A stretch of 64,000 nt of DNA from Alphaproteobacteria bacterium (GTDB taxonomy: Bacteria > Pseudomonadota > Alphaproteobacteria > JBFXJJ01): positions 1-64,000 of the forward strand of contig JBFXJJ010000014.1 of NCBI GenBank assembly GCA_050175015.1. Direction: 5' to 3'. A program made the translations under genes and the position numbers. Under the pieces are notes generated by a model, which searched no databases, had not been told where the DNA came from, and was given only the letters and a program-made list of their open reading frames with translations. Shown piece after piece: positions 61,452 through 64,000 of this stretch (positions are counted from its first letter, which is position 1; the number at the start of each line of letters is the position of its first letter).

Positions 61452-63254
61452 TTATTTGTCTTCAAGTTCTTCTCGTAAAAGCTCAAGTTCCAGCCATGAT
61501 TCTTCGGCTTTTTCTAAGTCGGATTTTTGTAGTTCTAGTGTTTTTACACATTCATTAAACTGAGCTGGATTTTTTTCATAAAAACTTGCATCAGCAAGCT
61601 TGTTTTCTAAAAGATTAATCTCAGAATTTAACTTAGCAATCTTATTTGGCAGTTCTTGCAGAAGTCTTTGTTCATTATAACTTAGTTTAGTTTTGATTTT
61701 TATTGTTTTTTGTGGTTGAACGGCCTTTTTGGCAGGTTTATTTGTTGCTATGCTTTGTTCTTTTTTTTGTTTTTGTTCTAAGTAATCACTATAGCCGCCA
61801 ACATATTCTGTAACTTTGCCGTTTTCTTCAAAAGCTAAAATTGATGTTACCGTTTTATCCAAGAAATCACGATCGTGGCTTACGATTAGTAATGTTCCAG
61901 GAAATTCATCAAGCATCTCTTGGAGCAAATCAAGCGTTTCAATATCAAGGTCATTGGTAGGTTCGTCCATTATCATTAAATTGCAAGGTTCTGATAATTT
62001 TAGAGCCAAAAGTAAGCGGTTTTTTTCCCCGCCAGATAAAACTTTTACGGGACTTAATAATTTTTCTGGGGCAAACAAAAAATCTTTTAGATAACTGGCG
62101 ATATGACGACTGCCGCTTGGAAGAATAACAAAATCGCCTCCAGCTGGGCATATGGTATCTTTTAAAGTCTTTTCTAAATTAAGTTCCGTGCGGTGTTGAT
62201 CAAAAAAAGCCGTTTTTAAATTTTCACCAAGCCTTATTGAACCGCTATCAGGGAGCATTTGTCCTGTGAGCATTTTTAGTAAGGTTGTTTTGCCCGCACC
62301 GTTAGCCCCGATAATTCCTATTCGCTCGCCTCTAGTTATTCTTATAGAGAAATCGCTAATTACATTTTTACAATCAAAACTTTTATTTATATTTTGAGCT
62401 TCAACAACCATAACACCAGAACGGTCGCTGTTTTCTAGATTTAACTTCATATCGCCTGTTTTCCTTTTGCGCTCAGCTGTTTCTTTGCGAAGAATATGAA
62501 GTTTTTTTAAGCGTCCTTGATTTCTTTTGCGCCTTGCTGTAACACCTCGCTGCAACCAATGAAGCTCTTGTTTAAGCTTGGTCTGCATTCTTTCAAGTTC
62601 ACGCTCTTCAGCATTCATAATGCTTTCGGACCATTCTTCAAAGGTAGCAAAACCCTGATTGTGCCACCATAAGGTTTGATTATGCAGCCAGCCGATGCGG
62701 TTAGTGAGATTAGATAAAAAGGCTCTGTCGTGGCTTACAACAATTATGGCGCCGCTAAAATTTTTTAAGTCTTTTTCTAAAATATCAATCGTGGGTAAAT
62801 CAAGATGGTTCGTTGGTTCATCTAAAAACAAAATGTCAGGAGAAGAAATTAACACTTTTGCTAAGTCTGTTCGTTTTTTTTCGCCTCCAGAAAGCGTTTG
62901 TAACTCAAGGCTGCCATCAAGCCCAAATCTTGAAAGAATATCTTCCACGAGATGAGGGGATTCTAAACGTTCAGTTTCGGAGAGACCTGAGGCAACATAA
63001 GAAAAAATGCTTTTATGTTCTCCAAAATCAGGAGCTTGCGGTAAAAATTGGATTTTAGCTCCAGCTGACAAGGCTTTTTCACCGCTGTCGGGTGAAACTA
63101 TTCCCGTCATTATTTTTAACAGGGTGGTTTTTCCTGAGCCGTTAGCCCCGATTAAACAAAGCCTTTCGCCTTTTTCTAAATTTAGGCTCACACCTGAAAA
63201 TAAAGGCTTTTCTCCAAATTTTATTGTAATATCTTTTAAACTTAATAAGGTCAT
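61452..63254 (-). CDS. uup: ABC-F family ATPase (Uup-like)
   Basis: Two ABC cassettes (GANGSGKT / GANGAGKT, LSGGE, DEPTN), linker GVTARRKRNQGR, C-terminal KLSY coiled coil. Confidence 0.92.
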   Translation of the reverse strand: MTLLSLKDITIKFGEKPLFSGVSLNLEKGERLCLIGANGSGKTTLLKIMTGIVSPDSGEKALSAGAKIQFLPQAPDFGEHKSIFSYVASGLSETERLESPHLVEDILSRFGLDGSLELQTLSGGEKKRTDLAKVLISSPDILFLDEPTNHLDLPTIDILEKDLKNFSGAIIVVSHDRAFLSNLTNRIGWLHNQTLWWHNQGFATFEEWSESIMNAEERELERMQTKLKQELHWLQRGVTARRKRNQGRLKKLHILRKETAERKRKTGDMKLNLENSDRSGVMVVEAQNINKSFDCKNVISDFSIRITRGERIGIIGANGAGKTTLLKMLTGQMLPDSGSIRLGENLKTAFFDQHRTELNLEKTLKDTICPAGGDFVILPSGSRHIASYLKDFLFAPEKLLSPVKVLSGGEKNRLLLALKLSEPCNLMIMDEPTNDLDIETLDLLQEMLDEFPGTLLIVSHDRDFLDKTVTSILAFEENGKVTEYVGGYSDYLEQKQKKEQSIATNKPAKKAVQPQKTIKIKTKLSYNEQRLLQELPNKIAKLNSEINLLENKLADASFYEKNPAQFNECVKTLELQKSDLEKAEESWLELELLREELEDK

Positions 63255-63489
63255 TTTATAAAAAACTCTTAAGAAAACATTTAATATCTATCATAATGCG
63301 GAAGCGCTCTCAAGGAGCAAGTAGATATAATCTAGCATTTTTTACAAAATTTAGGTGTCTTTATGAAAAAATCACTGGCAACCAAAGATAAAATCATTAA
63401 TATAGGAAATTAAATGACGGGTTATTAAGGTAATCTTTCTTATAACTTGCAAGGTGTTTTTTTTAGTTTTTATAAGGATTTTTTTAAGT

Positions 63490-64000
63490 ATGGCACAATA
63501 TAAAACTGAACAAGAAACTTTTTGGGCAACCGAATTTGGTGATGACTATATTGACAGGAATAGAAGTCCAAAGATTTTAGCTTCTAGTATTTCTTTTTTT
63601 ACGTCAATCTTACAAAGAGCATCTACGATAAGTTCAGTTATGGAGTTTGGTGCTAATGTTGGCTTAAATCTTGTCGCAATTAAAAATCTGCTTCCCGAAG
63701 CTAAAATTGCAGCCGTTGAGATTAATAAAAAAGCTTATGATGTTCTTGCTAAAATTGACGGCGTTGAAGCTCATAATGCATCGGTTTTGGAATTTGAAAC
63801 TAAGGAAAAATTCGATTTAGTTTTTACTAAGACCGTTTTGATTCATATTAATCCCGAGGAATTGGATAAAGTTTATGAAAAAATGTATAATGCATCTAAA
63901 AAATATATTTTAGTTGCCGAATATTATAACCCAGTTCCTACAAAAATTTCTTATAGAGGACACGAGAACAGGCTTTTTAAAAGAGATTTTGCAGGTGATT
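63490..64000 (+). CDS. Pseudaminic acid biosynthesis-associated methyltransferase-like protein; 3' end runs off the window
   Basis: Not in the ORF track. Manual translation from ATG 63490 gives MAQYKTEQETFWATEFGDDYIDRN...MEFGANVGLNL...VEIN...LIHINP...AEYYNP...YRGHENRLFKRDFAGD. Confidence 0.85.
   Translation, partial: MAQYKTEQETFWATEFGDDYIDRNRSPKILASSISFFTSILQRASTISSVMEFGANVGLNLVAIKNLLPEAKIAAVEINKKAYDVLAKIDGVEAHNASVLEFETKEKFDLVFTKTVLIHINPEELDKVYEKMYNASKKYILVAEYYNPVPTKISYRGHENRLFKRDFAGD

Overview
An AT-rich bacterial chromosomal segment. The ccrM-rnhB pair, the argS-SPOR-nagZ-site-2-protease run, rpiB-glyA-nrdR-nusB and a 1216-aa NrdJ point to an alphaproteobacterium, probably Rhodospirillales-like (inferred from gene order). 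Most of the window is housekeeping and metabolism with an anaerobic or fermentative flavour: Na+-pumping OadAGB, malic enzyme, class I fumarase, GapN, a flavodiiron protein and a B12-dependent RNR. It also holds tRNA-Cys, tRNA-Asn, two chemoreceptors and two efflux systems. The standout is an accessory cluster at 43.2-47.3 kb. Three tandem small membrane peptides share a fixed-spacing C-terminal motif (KLPS-x17-C, ending in a lipobox-like GC). They are followed by a translationally coupled Tes/GDGT-MAS-like radical SAM enzyme, a divergent Lgt-family diacylglyceryl transferase and an ICMT/PEMT-family membrane methyltransferase, then an ankyrin membrane protein and an EmrAB-type exporter. This is a candidate ribosomal lipopeptide or lipid-crosslinking system. 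Other points of note are a poly-Cys tail on GlyA, missing rib genes and erpA from otherwise conserved operons, a ccrM promoter with CtrA-, DnaA- and GANTC-like sites, a GNAT-HDAC fusion, and dispersed TAGAGC...GCTCTA hairpin elements. I saw no rRNA, CRISPR array, integrase or transposase. All calls come from reading motifs by eye; no database searches were run.
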